Shown: positions 12,501 to 27,114, counted from the stretch's first letter. The stretch: DNA of 64,000 nt from Octopus bimaculoides (GCF_001194135.2 NC_068986.1:13336958-13400957), one strand, 5' to 3'. A program made the numbers and translations. The notes: generated by a model from the letters alone, not told the origin.

Positions 12501-14169
12501 ATAGGATATGGGGAGCTGGTAGAATCGTTAGCACACCGGGCAAAATGCTTAGCGGTATTTCGTCTGCCGTTGCGTTCTGAGTTCAAATTCCACCAAGGTC
12601 GATTTTGCTTTTCATCCTTTCAGGGTTGATAAATTAAGTACTAGTCATACACTGGGGTCGATGTAATTGACTTAATCCTTTTGTTTGTCCTTATTTGTCC
12701 CCTCTATGTTTAGCCCCTTGCAGGCAATAAAGACATAGATATACATATATAGATAGATGGATAGAGAGAGAGAGACAGACAGACAGACAGATAGATAGAT
12801 AGGCAGACAGACAAACAGACCAACCAATGGATAAACAGACAGATGGACAGACCAATAAAAAGGTAGATAGGCAAATAAAAAGACAGACAGACAGAGATAG
12901 AAGACAAGTAGATGGACAGACAGACAGATAAATTGGCAGACAAACAGATATAGATAGTGAGAGAGGAGGGAGTATGACCTACAAATGTTAGAAGCAGCTT
13001 TTATACTACTGTACTCATAAAACAGATTTGATTAAATAAATAAATTCGCTTTGACCTGACTAATAAGAATGTTCTCCAAATGTCAACTATGTCAGCTTTG
13101 TTTCAACTGAATTATTTAAACACTTTTACTGTTGCGGAGATCCAGTAAATGTCAACGGCTGATTTAAAAAATGTGTTTGAGGAGAAGTTAGGCTTTAAAA
13201 ATTGAAAAAGGGAACAGGTGGAATAAAGGAAGTAAGAATTAAATTAGGTTAATCGTGGGTTAGATAAGAACACTGATGATAAAGAATTTGGTCAGAGGTG
13301 CATGTCAGAATCCAGTGCGTGCATTTACTTCGCATACGCATACATCATCATCATCAATTAACGTCTGTTTTCTATCAATCGCTCACAAACTTATGTGTGC
13401 GTATGTTCATGTGTGTATGTATGTATGTATGTATGTATGGATGGTTTGACAAGGAGCTGACAGACCAGAGAGCTGCATCAGGCGCCAACTGTCTGGCAAT
13501 GTTTCAAATTCTCCTGGGGTCGACTTTGCCTTTCATCTTTTCAGGTTTGATAAAATACAGACCAGTTGAGCACTGGGGGCAATGTAATCAACTTCACCCC
13601 TACCTCCAAAATTGCTGGCCTTGTGCCGAAACCTGAAACCAATATACATTATTATTGTAAGTGAAGGAAGTACCTCAATCGATGATTATAAGATGAAGGA
13701 GTGAGGGGTAAGAAAGTAAAAGGAACACCATGAAAGTAACGGAGAGAAAATGAGAGAGTGAGAGGAACAGAGAGAGTGGATGTCAAAAGGAAGTAGCAGT
13801 AAAGAAGAGACTGCAACTGAAAGAGAAGTGGGTAGAGAGGGAGAGAGAGTGAGAGAGAGAGAGAGAGGGGGAGAGAGAGAGAGAGAGTGTAGTAGGGAGA
13901 CTGATAAATTGAAAACAGAGTGTTCATGAGAGCATGAACTGGTGGATAATAGAGATAAAACAGTGAATGGGAACAAAGGAAAGTAAATGATTGAGCAAGG
14001 TGTGATAGAAAGATAGAATGAAAAAAAGGTGCTTCAATGATGGGTGGAGGTGATGATGATGATGATGATGATGATGATGGTGTGTGTTTAAACTCTGGTC
14101 TTTTCATTTGGGGTTTTAATTTACAAATCTTTATTGATTTATCAGTTCCTGGCCAAAATGTTTTCCCCT

Positions 14170-14670
14170 AACTTTGCCGCGTATAGACCATTGTCATTAT
14201 CACAACCATCATTACTACCACCATCATCATCAACACCTCCAGCATTATCATCATCATCACCACCACCATCATCATTACCAACACCATTATCAACACCACC
14301 AGCATCCTCATCAACACTTCCACCATCATCATCATCATCACCACAACCACCATTATCATCATCATCATCAACAACTCCACCATCATCATCATCACCATTA
14401 TCATCAACACTACCATCATTATCATCAACACCATTATCATCAACATTTCCACCATCAGTCGTCACCACCATCATCATCATCATCATCATCAACACCATCA
14501 TCATCTTCACCACCACCATTATCATCACCACCACCATCATCATCATCAACACTACCATCATCATCATCAATACCACCACCATCATCAACACCACCTCCAT
14601 TTCTACCATCATCACCACCACTATCTACACAATCACCATCATCACCATCATTGCCACTCTCTTCATCAAC
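14170..14670. repeat. Compound decayed (CAT/CAC/CAA)n triplet microsatellite
   Basis: Low-complexity tract giving spurious His-, Thr- and Met-rich ORFs in several frames. Confidence 0.9.
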
Positions 14671-15273
14671 GTAATAAGCACCATCTTAGAAATCCATATA
14701 CTCTTATATCTGTAAAAGTTCGATAGATTTTTGCGACTCCATTTGGCTCAACTCCAAAATATGTGAAATCCAAGAATAAAAGTGAACTCAGTTCCCATTA
14801 CATAACATTGGTGTAGTAAGAGCTTTTACGCATTTGAGCATAAAACATTTTGGAGAAGTTTGGTAGTTCTATGAATTTCCTGGCGCCAAGTCTTAGGAAT
14901 TGATTTAAAGAAAAGAAGTTAATAAGTCCAAACCTAACTGCAGCTTCAAGTTAAGACACAAGCGCCTATCTGAAGTCAGTGAGTCCGATATAAACCTGAA
15001 GAGTTATCATTGGTAGAAATACCACTGAAAAAACACTTCATTTTCTGCAACCAAGTAACCAGCTTTTATGAGTCCACGGGGCTCATGAAAAAAAGTCTTT
15101 TTTCAAGTTTGATATAGTATCAAATAACCTTAAGCAAATAATGTATAGAGCACTGCTAACACAGTAGAACATGGTGTAGGCTCATAAAAACATTTAATAT
15201 ACTTCATAGTATATATATATATATATATGGTTGCATAATGAAATACCAGGTGCTTACAAGTCATTAATATTTA

Positions 15274-15454
15274 CACTAGCGTAGCTAGAGTGTGTGCCAC
15301 TCAGGGGCGGCCCTTCCATTTGCTGCCCCTAGACGCCACAAAAAACACATTGTCTACAGCAATAGCCTACAACAGGATGAAAAGTGCCACCCCTTTAAAA
15401 GTGTTGCCTAGGGCAGACTGCCCCTACCACTCTCTCTCCCTAGCTATGCTGGTG
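15274..15454. mobile_element. GC-rich MITE with 15-bp TIRs
   Basis: cactagcgtagctag vs reverse complement caccagcatagctag (2 mismatches), with subterminal gctgcccctag / ctagggcag motifs; TSD degenerate. Confidence 0.65.
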
Positions 15455-18381
15455 AATATCAGCCCCAGGAATGTGTTTAATATGTAAATTGGTATATCTA
15501 ATAACTTGGTGGCTATATAAACAATGTGTTCGGAGGCATGGATGGGTGCTGATGAGAGGCAACAAGCCTCCAAAATATGACATATACACTCATTATCCAT
15601 TTTTGTCTCTGATCTCGTTGTTTGTTTACATCTGATATTTTGATATGAAACGTTGTAGGAAAAAAATCGGTGCTGGTTATAATTTCTGTAGAAACAACAT
15701 AATAATGTTAAGAGCACTGCTAACACAATAGAACGTGTTATATTGACTTATAAAAATATCTAACATAATTTAAAGTATTTTATGGCTGTATAACGAAATA
15801 CCATGTGCCTACAAGTCATCAACAAATGAAATTAATCATTTTCTCAGATATAAACAAAGTACTCACAATGCAATGCTAAGTCTGTATTGTTAGTTTGTAT
15901 GCCTAGAGGTTTTTGGAAGTGACTGCCGCAATGATGCAATCATAAAAGATGCAATAGGTACAAGCCAGCTGCAATTAGTTGGCATTTATTAAAAAAAAAT
16001 GAGTTCACACAGAGAGACAATCTTGAAACATTCAAATGGTGTGCGAACAACTTAGGCGTTAACAGTAACAACATTAGTTAGATCAGAGGTTGCTTTGATC
16101 TGAGAAATATTTGCAGAGAACAATACCAAGTTTGTAGCATTGATTTATTCCATAAATGTTCTCCATTCTAATAAGATTCTTTCAACTCACAGACCTAAAA
16201 ACATCGTTGTACACCATACATGAATATGTACATTCATTTTACAAGTAACAAAGCAGCAATTGTTTAGAAATGATAGCTGAAAGATGTGTTGAGATGAGGT
16301 AATATAGTTTTAACAACATACTGGATATGTAAAAATTTCAACACTAGTACCAACATACCTGCCTACCTACCTACAAATGTGCCTACCTATCTACCTGAAA
16401 ATGTACTTACCTACCTAACTACAAATGTACCTATCTACCTTATCTATCAACCTACATATCTACCTTCCTACGTACCTAGATACTTACAAACCTACCTACC
16501 TATCTACCTGTTTGCCTCACTGTGTAAATAAATGCATGCATGCAAATAAATTAACATTTCATTTTTAAGATGCTTTGATTACTATGGATGACATAAATAA
16601 GTTTCTTGAGTTTACAGCCCAGGGCAGCATATTTTTTTTAATTTAAAGGGCTGCATTTAAAAACAGATATAACGAATGTCTGTGTGCATGTGTATATGTG
16701 AAACAAAGAGAGGGAGCAATTAATTTATTATAAAGCTTGAATATAACAGGAAAGGTAAAATAGTCAAGGCCAGATGAGACTTGAACAGAAAGAAAGAGAG
16801 AGAGAGATGGATGGACCAAAGGATGAGTGGATGGACAGCGATAATACTTCCAGTGGTTCTAAAGTTAAACATAATTATGGAACCACTAACAGTTATATTC
16901 TCCTTTACTATACAAACTTTGCCCTCTCAGCCTGTCTGTATGTCTGTCTGGTTTCTGTTCCCTATCTATCTATCTATCCATCTGTTCATGTATGTATCCA
17001 CCCATCCATTCATCTGTCCGTCCATTTGTGTATCTGTCTGTTGGCTTGTGTATGTATATATCTGTCTGTCTATCTGCTTATGTTTCTATCTATCTGTGTG
17101 TGTATCTACCTATCTATTTGTGTATGTATGTATCTACCTATCTATCTTCTGTTGTTCTCTTTCTCAAACTGCAAATAAATAGCAAATTCTTGCCACAATC
17201 AATGAATACCATAAGAGAAAAAACCCAGAGCTTTTGCTAAACTAAAATAAAATAATAAATTAAATAAAAAGAACATAGCTGGCAGTGGGGGAAGGAATGG
17301 GAGAGGAAGGTGGCTGATATATTGCTTGGAATATTTTTAGGCCACAGAAATCTGAGTACAACCAACAAGGCTGGCAGGAATCCTCATTTTCTTAGAGAAG
17401 CCAAGCCAGAATCAACATCCTGCATATGTCAATAATTATTATTCCGGCCAGTTCTTAACTTCAGACAGCTGTTGTGTTTAAACAATAGGAGGATAGTGAT
17501 TGCAAACATCGACTTAGCCTACCTTGGCTGACTCTTCTTCCTGTTCGACACCTCGGAAAGAAGTTCACAAATTGTCTGGCAGGCACAAGCTTTATCTGCC
17601 AGGCTTCAATTGAAATAAAATACACAAATGAATCACACACACACACACACACACATACACACACAAATAAAATCAAAACTTGCTAGAATCTTTCATTTTC
17701 TGCAGGTGTGGTTGTGTGGTAAGAAATTTGCTTCCAAACAACATGGTTCCAGGTTCAGTCCCACTGTGTGGCAGCCCGGGCAGGTGTCTTCTACTACAGC
17801 CTTGGGCCGACCAAAGCCTTGTGAGTGGATTTGGTAGATGGAAACTGAAAGAAGCTTGCTGACTGAAACATGTAAAAGATAAATTCTCATCTCGTAGTAT
17901 AAAACCACATTCCTCCATTGTAATTCTTGGAAGGAATTTTAGTTATGTAAGCCACATTGTGATCTCACTATGTATCGATGATCCAAGGAAAGTACTCAAT
18001 ACATGCTGGTGAGTGACTAGCATTAGGAAGTGGCCTCCAGCTGTAGAATGATGAGCGGATGGATAGCTGTATAAATGACAGTGTGAGTTGCTGGGCTGTT
18101 TTTTAAATGGATGTTTCAGTCATTGGACTGTGGTCATGCTGGAGCATCACCTGAAAGAATTTTATTCAAATGAATAGACCCCACCCACTACTTGTTTTTT
18201 CAACCTGACACTTATTCTATCAGTGTCTTTTGCTATACCACTAAGTTACAGGGACATAAACAGATTGATAGAATAAGTACTAGGCTTAAGTCCTGGAGTT
18301 GATTTGTTCAACTAAAGGCAATGTTGCAGCATGGCCACACTCAAATGACTGAAACAAGTAAAAGAATAAAAAAATAAAGGT

Positions 18382-18428
<47 letters not shown>

Positions 18429-19103
18429 CACACACACATACACACACACACACACACACACATACACAGCAGGTTTCTTTCCACTCACAAGCCTTTGGTT
18501 GGCCTGAGGCTGTAGTAGAAGACACTTGCCAAGGTGCCATGCAGTGAAACTGAACCCAGAGACATAAGGTTAGGGAAGCAAACTTCTTACCACACAGCCA
18601 AGTCTGCTCCAATATATGTTTTCAAACAGAGAAATACTTCAATAAACTGCATGCATGAATAAATAAATAAATAAATAAATAAGAGAGGGGAGAAGAGATG
18701 GGGAGAGAGTGAAGGATAAGCAAGAATCGCATGTTTTTATTGTTCTATTTGTAGGAACATTAAATTGCTAATTTACTGGAAAATGTATATGGATCATAAT
18801 ATGTGTGCGTGTATGTGTGTGTGTATCTTTCTTTCTTAGTAACGGTACCATTAAATATCATAATTTCAATTGTTGGTATCCTGGTGATGTGAACCCACAG
18901 AAGGATTGCTGACGTCCACAGAGGATTGACCATTATTCCTTTTGGAATAAATATCACTCAGATACCGATGTGAGACTATTGTAGGAGTTTAATGGTATAG
19001 TTACTACTATGTCATTTGTGCTTGTCCTGGAGTTCACACAAAACTCTTTACTCGCTGAGACTAGAGTTATAAATAAATTAAGTTTTCACACAATTATAAA
19101 CAC

Positions 19104-19138
<35 letters not shown>

Positions 19139-19239
19139 CACACACACATACATACACATGTGTGTGCAGATGTGTATGTTTATATATGCATACATACGCA
19201 TTGATTATATATATGTATATATATATATAAATGTATGTA

Positions 19240-19283
<44 letters not shown>

Positions 19284-19303
19284 TATATATCTTTAGAATA
19301 TAA

Positions 19304-19336
<33 letters not shown>

Positions 19337-20306
19337 TGGTGTGTGTGTGCATGAGCATGACACGTAGTGTGATCATGAGCATGTTTATTTTTTTTCGCAT
19401 TTGATCATGTGTTCATTCATTAATTAGGCTGATATAACTGACAGTGTGAGGTGCTGGGCTGTTTTTTAAATGGATGAAAGCACCAAAGCATGACTGTCAC
19501 CTCTCAACTTTCTCCGCTTTCTTCTTCAAATGCGATGGGTGACAATGTAAATTGAAAGCAGAAAACCAGTTTAGTCCAGCTTGATATCAGGTTTAAAAAT
19601 CCCCCTTTACTATTACTCACAGCTAATAAACAATGAAGATGTTATGCAATATCAACGAGAGTGTTAGCCATCATGATGGGTAACTGTGGACGAATACTTT
19701 TACCACCACAGGTAATATCAGGAAATATGGCATACATACATACCTTCTGTCTTTTACTTGCTTCAGTGATTAGACTGTGGCCATGCTGTAGCACTGCCTT
19801 GAATTTTAGTGAAACGACTCTACCCCAGTACTCATTATAGTGGTCTCTTTTGCCAAACCGTCAAATAACAGGGATGTAAACACACCAACACCAGTTGTCA
19901 AACCATAGAGGGGACAAACAGGAACACAAAGATACATACTCACTGGTGTGTATATATCATCATCATCGTTGTTTAACATCCATCTTCCATGCTGACATGG
20001 GTGGGGCAGTTTGGCTGGAGCCAGCCAGGCTGAAGCTTGCGCCAGATGTCTATAACTGTTTTGACAGGGTTTTTTATAGCTGGATGCCCTTCCTAACACC
20101 AACCACTCAACAGAGTGGTCTGAGTGCTTTTTAGGTAGCTCAAGCACAGGCGAGGTCAGTTTTGGCAAGGTTTTTACAGCTGGATGACCTTCCAAATGCC
20201 AAACACTTTATAGTATGGACTGGATGCTTTTTAAGTGGCACCTGCACTGACAGGATCACCAAGTAACTTGCAAGAGAAAAATCTTTTGAGAGAGGAGGGG
20301 GCATTG

Positions 20307-21090
20307 GAGGAGGAAGTTCCAAAAGCATAGTCGCTAGAATAAGAATGGGCTGAGCAAAGTTCAGAGACCTTCTACCTTTGTAGGTAACTAAGGGCTTCTC
20401 CTTCATAGAGAAAGGCAGAGTGTATGATGCCTGTGTTCATACTGCAATGTTACATGGCAGTAAAATGTGGGCTTTGATTGCAGAGGATATGAGAAGGCTT
20501 GAAAAAAAAATGAAACTAGCGAGCTCTGCTCGATGTGTAATGTCAGCATGCATGCACAACAGAGTGTAAATGACTGAAGTGGGAAAGCTGGGTAGAAAAA
20601 GCATCAGATGTGTGCAAGAGAGAAGACTGCGCTGGTTTGGTCATGTGATGCAGATGGATGAGGAGAGCTGCATAAAGTAGTACCAAGCTCAGATTGTGGA
20701 GGGAACCCAGGAAGACTTGGGACAAAGTGGTGAGAAAGGATTTTTGGACACTGGGCCTCATTGAGGAAATGACAAGGGATCAGGTGTTGTGGCTATTTGC
20801 TGTACATGTCAAACTAAGTAAAATCTTCCATACATACAGGCTTGTCCCTTGCAGGTGCAGGTGCCACATGAAATGCACTCATGCTGGTGTTTTGTAGACG
20901 CACCCATGCCAGTGGCATGTACATAGCAAACAACACACTCTGTAAAGTAGTTGACATTAGGACGGGCATCCAGCTGTAGTCACCATGCCATAACAAACAA
21001 TTGGCTGACTGACTCCATGTCAAACTGTCCAACCCATGCCAGCATGGGAAATGGATGTTAAATAATGATGATGGTGATGATGATGATGAC
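20307..21090 (+). mobile_element. 5'-truncated RTE-clade LINE: decayed RT C-terminus plus 3' UTR and (GAT)n tail
   Basis: Translates, with stops and frameshifts, as SIVARIRMG*AKFRDLLPL*VTKGFS...KGRVYDACVHTAMLHGSKMW...ERRLRWFGHVMQM...RKTWDKVVRKD..LGLIEEMTRD, typical of the RTE post-RT region. Confidence 0.85.
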
Positions 21091-21638
21091 AAGCTTCTTT
21101 CAGTTTCTGTCTACCAAATCTTCTCACAAGGCTTTAGGTTGGCCTGAGCCTATAGTAAAAGACAAGGTGCCATGCAGTGGGACTGAACCCGGAATCATGT
21201 GGTTAAGAAAGAAACTTCTTACTACACAGCCACTTTTATCAAATTTCTTAGTGCTAATTGACTTACCCACTCCTCCAAACTGGCTGGCCTCATGCTAAAA
21301 TTTGAAACCAATATTAAATTATTTTGGGGTCCGTCTCTTCAAAGATTCTTTGAAATACTTCAGTTTCCACAAAATATTGGAAATGAGTGACACTGCTTGT
21401 ACGACAGGGACATTCTTTTACTACCATAACAATGTCAAGCAGACATACTTTATTTTTGAAAAAAACAAAGGTTTACTAAATACAGGAACGGCTGTGTGAC
21501 AACAACTTTGCTTCCCAATCACATGGTCTGGGTTCAGTTCCACTGTGTGACACCAAGGGCAAGTGTGTTCGACTATCACCTCAAGCTGTCCAATGTCTTG
21601 TGAGTGGATGTGGTAGATGGAAACTGAAAGAAGCCCAT

Positions 21639-21673
<35 letters not shown>

Positions 21674-22234
21674 ATGGTTCCATAACTTAGTGGTTTGGCA
21701 AAAGGGACTGGTAGAATAAGTATCAGGCTTAAAAAAGAATGTACTAGTGTTGATTCATTCAACTAAATTTCTTAAAGTCAGTGCCCCAGCATGGCCACAG
21801 TCTAATGACTGGAAAAAGATAAAAGATATAGTATTTATACAGATATATATTCAAAAAAGGGCAATGAAAAAAACTGAAAAAAAGATATATTGCAGAAAAA
21901 GACACATAGTAAAAAGGACTGACTAGAAACAGTGGCAAATAAGGGAGAAATGATGCCATCTGAATCATTGGTTTGCTTATATGAAGCCACATAATGTCTC
22001 TAAACATTGTGATGAGTAGAAGTTTACACAAGGTAACATAACCAAAAAGGAAGTGATTTGCAAACAGTGAAAATGGGGAAAATAATTAATGGAACAGCTG
22101 AAAATTTCAGTTTGATAATAGTAAACACACAGAGGTTAATACTTTTATTTGCAGAATCTTGTGTGCACATGTGTAAATGTGTGTGCATTTTTAACTAAAG
22201 AAGAAAGAAAGAAAACATCAATATTCCTGGAGAA

Positions 22235-22330
22235 AATTCTGTCAAACAACCTCAGAGATTTGTGAGGTTTAGATGTGGAGGTCTTTAAAGAGCGTTTGGG
22301 CAAATTTTTATCTGAGATATCAGATGAACC
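22235..22330 (+). mobile_element. Decayed CR1/L2-like LINE ORF2 C-terminal fragment
   Basis: Translates NNLRDL*GLDVEVFKERLGKFLSEISDEPT, similar to the remembered 'FK..LDKFL..IPDEP' end of CR1-group RTs. Confidence 0.55.
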
Positions 22331-22749
22331 CACATAGTGGTAAGAGGTGCAAAAAAGAGTAGCTCTTTACCACTCACGACTTTATCAAAAATGGTGCAGG
22401 AAAGAAACTGAAACACACTGAAAGCCAGTGCTCCAGCATGGACCCTGACATCTGGCTGAAACCAGTAAAAGATAAACGATACAAGAATACAACTAAAATA
22501 TATTTTGAAAAATGAAAAGGAACCACTTTGTCATCTTCATTCTTTTAAGGTCCATGCTTATCTAGGTCAGAGGGAATTCACTGAAGCAGATTTTCTGTGG
22601 CTAGATGCCTTTCCAGTTGCCAACACTCTCCTGTTTCCTAGCAAGATAATATTTCCTCATGGACAAACCAGGTCTCACAGACAACTGGGAAATAAGCAAT
22701 ATTGCTACAGTGATAATGGTACTGGTTTACATCACTTGTATGATGCAAA

Positions 22750-22794
<45 letters not shown>

Positions 22795-23883
22795 CTCTTT
22801 CACTTTCCGTACACCAAATCCACACATAAAGCTTTGTTCAGCCTAAGGCCAGAGTAGAAGACATTTGTCCAAGGCACCACACAATGGGACTGAACTCAAC
22901 TCAAAGCCACATTGGTTAGGAAGTGAACTTCTTAACCTTACAGCCATGCCTGGAGAGGGGTCAATAGCTCTATGAGAATAAAATAATTAAATAAGTAGTC
23001 AGCAAGTATATATCCTGTTTCTGTATAGAAGTATGATAGGATAAGAATCAACAAGCCACTGAAGCTATATTCCACCATTTGATTAGTAATATACCAGCTG
23101 GCAGGACAAGTAAGTTGGGTGCCTATTTTAAAGCAGAACATATTGATTTTCCCCGTGTTTGGAAACATAACACAAGCCACCAGTTAATTAATTGAACTTG
23201 CTGACAAGTGCTCTTTTTATTATTTTTACCCCCAACATTTTGAACCCCACAAAATGACTATTCGGCCCCACTGCATCATGGTACTATCAGCAAATATCTA
23301 CAATAGCCCATGGTTAACCAGAGCCTTCTTAGTAGAATAGGTAAATAGAGAGAAACTAAAAAAAGACGCCTGTCATGTAAATACATACATCTTTTTCTTG
23401 TTTCACTCATAAAACTGTGGCCAAGCTGGGGCACCACCTAGAAGAAGTTTTAGTTGAATGAATTGAACCCAGTAATTATTTTTAAAGCCAGGTACTTATT
23501 CCAGCAGTCTCAAGAGACATAAACACACCAACATCGGTTATCAGGTGGTGATGGGGGACAAACACAGACAAAGATATACACATTTATTTATCATCATCGT
23601 CGTCATTTAATGTCTGCTTTCCATGCTGGCATGGGTTGGATGGTTTGACTGGGGGCTGGCAAGCCAGAGGCTGTAACAGGCTCCAATCTGATCTGACAAA
23701 GTTTCTACAGCTGAATGCTCTTCCTAATGCCAACCACTGTGAGAGTGTAGTGGGTGCTTTTTACGTGCCACCGACACGAGGGCCAGTCAAGCAGTACTGG
23801 TATCGACCACACTTGAATGGTGCTTTTTACATATCACTGGCATGGGAGCCAGTCAGGCGGCACGGGCATCGACAGTCAGCCAG

Positions 23884-23942
<59 letters not shown>

Positions 23943-24413
23943 AAGGGCATTATTCATTATGGAAATTCTTGGGAATAGATATTTCCCTAATTAATTTTTT
24001 TACACACTGGCTTCTTGATAAAATTCTTGTAAAAGAGTTTTATCCTTTTTTGAAATTTATTTATCAAATATATATATATATATATATATAATTTATGGAC
24101 CAAAACAGTTTCATTCAAATTCGTTGGTTTCAAGCACAGTGCTAGTCATTAGCCATTTTGAATTGGGATGACAGAAGTTGATTGTTATTACTGTAAGGTG
24201 GGCTGTGATTGGTTGAGGGAGGTCACACAGTGTCGTGGTTTGATGTTGGTATATGGGTAACAGTTAGTTGGAAAATAGTTAGTTGGTCAATTGACAACGT
24301 AGAGGACAGAGTACCAGAGTACCAACGAATTTGAAATCAAACTGTTTTGATCCATACATGTAACTCTCAATAAATTGGTTGAGTGCCCCTCTTTCGTATG
24401 TATATATATACTC

Positions 24414-24449
<36 letters not shown>

Positions 24450-25000
24450 ATACATAATGGGCTTTTACCAGTTTCCAACAATGAAATCCATTCACAAGGC
24501 TTTGATTGGTCTGTGGTTATAGCAGATGACACTAGCTCAAGATGCCATGCAGTGGGACCATGTCTGCAACAATGTGGTTTGGAAGCAAGCTTCTTACAAC
24601 ACAGCCAAAACACACACACACACATCCTTAGCTATTTGGCACAATTTGGATGGTTTGACAGGATTCAGTGAGACTAAGGACAGAATTTTGCTCCAGTGCC
24701 TGACCTGGCATTGTTACTTGGATGACACCAAACTTGATACTGTAAGACCTATTTACCACCATCAGCCTCTTTTTAATATTAACTTATTTGTTTTACATCT
24801 ATTTTTCCATGCAGGTATGGGTTAGATGAATATCTTATTGAGGTTTTGTTTTACAGAATAATGCCTTTTCTCTTGCAAACCCTTACTTGCTTTTCAAGTG
24901 AGAAAATCTTTTATTTCTCACATCTTTGAAGATGTAAAGTGAATGAAGGATTTGTCAGCAGGAAAAGTGACAACAACAGTTTCGTAGAGTACAAAAATGT

Positions 25001-25040
<40 letters not shown>

Positions 25041-25220
25041 ACACACACACAACAGGCTTCTTTCAATTTCTGTCTAACAAATTTGTTCACAAGGTTTGGT
25101 TTACCAGGTATTACAGTCAAAGACACTTGACCAAGGGGCCATGTAGTGGGATTGAACAAAAAACCAGGTGGTTAAGAAGCAATCTCCTTAAGCATACAGC
25201 CACAGCAACATCTATAATAA

Positions 25221-25454
25221 AAGGTGGCGAGCTGGCAGAGTGGTTAGCATGCCGGGCGAAATGCTTAGCGATATTTCATCTGTCTTTACGTTCTGAGTTC
25301 AAATTTCACCAAGGTTGACTTTGCCTTTCATCCTTTCGGGGTCGATTAAATAAGTACCAGTTACACACTGGGGTCGATGTAATCGACTTAATCCCTTTGT
25401 CTGTCCTTGTTTGTCCCCTCTATGTTTAGCTCCCTGTGGGCAATAAAGAAATAA
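25221..25454 (+). mobile_element. tRNA-headed SINE family A (central domain resembling the MetaSINE core), near-complete copy
   Basis: gagctggcagagtggttagc...gagttcaaatt (A/B-box-like), gcctttcatcctttcggggtcgat.aaataagtaccag core, A-rich tail. About 25 copies in the window, e.g. 3530-3745, 3770-3985, 9605-9820, 12511-12730, 39121-39333, 6018-6220(-), 10066-10245(-), 42450-42637(-), 58925-59131(-). Confidence 0.85.
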
Positions 25455-26349
25455 AAAGTACATCTATAATAGAAGAAAGGATGAGGACAATGACATCATC
25501 ATCATCATCAATGACATCATCATCATCATTTAGTGTTTGTTTTCCCATTGGGTGGCTTGACAGGATTTGGCAAGCTGCAGGGCTATTTTGTCATGATCTT
25601 TACAGATGGATGCCCTTCCTTACACCAACCATTTTACAATGTTTACTGGGTTTTTTCTTTTTTTTTTGTGTCACTCCCACTAGTCAGATTGTCAAGTAAC
25701 TTGCAAGACAAAATACAACAAAAAAAAAACAAAAAAGAAACAGGGAAAAAGTAAAAAATTTTTTTTTTTATTCTTTAATACATTTCGTAAAATTATTTAA
25801 TTACAAAAATATAACAAGAATTTCTAAAACATTGAATGGCTATGAGGGTCTACCCAACTAAAATTGGGGAATCAAAGAGGGTTGAGAACTACTGAGCAGA
25901 AGTAGGATAGTGAAACATGTACAGGGTGTCTTATTAAAGAAGAGATACATGGCCACCCAACAGGGCCAGGAATGTCAACGAATGATACTCATCATCATCG
26001 TTTAATGTCCACCTTCCATGCTGGCAAAACAAGCTGAAATGCATGATTGGTAAACATTTTATAAATCCCCGAAAAAGAAAGTAAGCGAGAGAGAGAGATG
26101 AAAAAATCAAAAGTTGACTCAAGGATGATTTGATCTCAGAATCTTAAGCAATGTATCTAAATACTGCATGTATTTATTCAGTGCAGTACTTTACTGCCTC
26201 TGACACTAACAAAAACATCAGGTTTTATTTATCTACCTATTTATTTATTGTTTCTTGTCTGGTATCCAGGTCTTAACGTTGCTATGAAAAATCTCTTTGA
26301 AATGCTCCAACTTCAAACAAAACGACAGGTAATCAGACACGGAATTCAA

Positions 26350-26363
26350 GTTGCTATGGAGAC
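26350..26363. promoter_or_regulatory. RFX X-box-like motif in a CpG-enriched unique island
   Basis: gttgctatggagac; 6 CpGs in about 26270-26500. Confidence 0.4.
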
Positions 26364-26626
26364 AGATTAGAATATTTCAGGCATTAAAACTGCCATTAAG
26401 TATTGTAGAAGGCAGTTACATCTGAAGAATATTTACAGACAATGTCAACAATTAATGGTTCAACGGCAACCAGATGATATTTACACCGACGGACTGATAC
26501 AATAAGAATGTTACAGTAACTTGTAGTCTTGTCAAAAGGTGTTTTACAAGAGTTTCCATAAAGTCTGTGCAGGGTAGTGGTGGTGACTGGAATTGGTTCC
26601 ATTTATTGATAGTTTTGGTTTTGTTT

Positions 26627-26802
26627 TTATGCATCCAATGCTATTGAAGACATACTGCTAACAATAGCTGAGTTAAAGTAAACACCAGCATGGCTTGCTG
26701 ATAATAACACTTTTTCTTCAAACTCTTGGATTATTTTTTCCCATCTTATATTTGGTAAGGGGATGCTTTCCCGAAATATAGCAGAAGTTTTAGCCATCAT
26801 AT
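26627..26802 (-). CDS. Candidate terminal coding exon, product unidentified
   Basis: Acceptor ttgtatcaccctag; frame xMMAKTSAIFRESIPLPNIRWEKIIQEFEEKVLLSASHAGVYFNSAIVSSMSSIALDA*, with AATAAA about 20 nt after the stop. An alternative donor gtatgt at 26655 would make it an internal 147-nt exon. Confidence 0.35.
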
Positions 26803-27114
26803 CTAGGGTGATACAATAACTTGGCTTTTATTTATTGGTACCACCTTTACATATTTTTGCCTAACTTTTCACATGCATTGCTTAACCTTTTAGCATTTAG
26901 ACCTGGCATATCAGGCAAAATATTCTACCAGTATTATGTTCAAACTGGCCAGATCTGGCCTTTCACACCTACCCTGCAATGTTATTCTAAAAATAAACAA
27001 TCCCATTTATGAAATCTTGAAGGTACAATATAATACATGAATGATTTTTAAAGAAACTTAATATAATAGCGTTGCATTTGATAGAATAACCTGAATGCTA
27101 AATGGTTACATCAT

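Noticed and set aside
14134-14715. Long His-, Thr-, Ser- or Met-rich ORFs
   Set aside because: Open in several frames on both strands because the region is a decayed triplet microsatellite; no splice or domain evidence.
19671-19710. MMGNCGRILLPPQ with donor gtaata (possible myristoylation start)
   Set aside because: No phase-compatible downstream exon found, and competing minus-strand readings are equally plausible.
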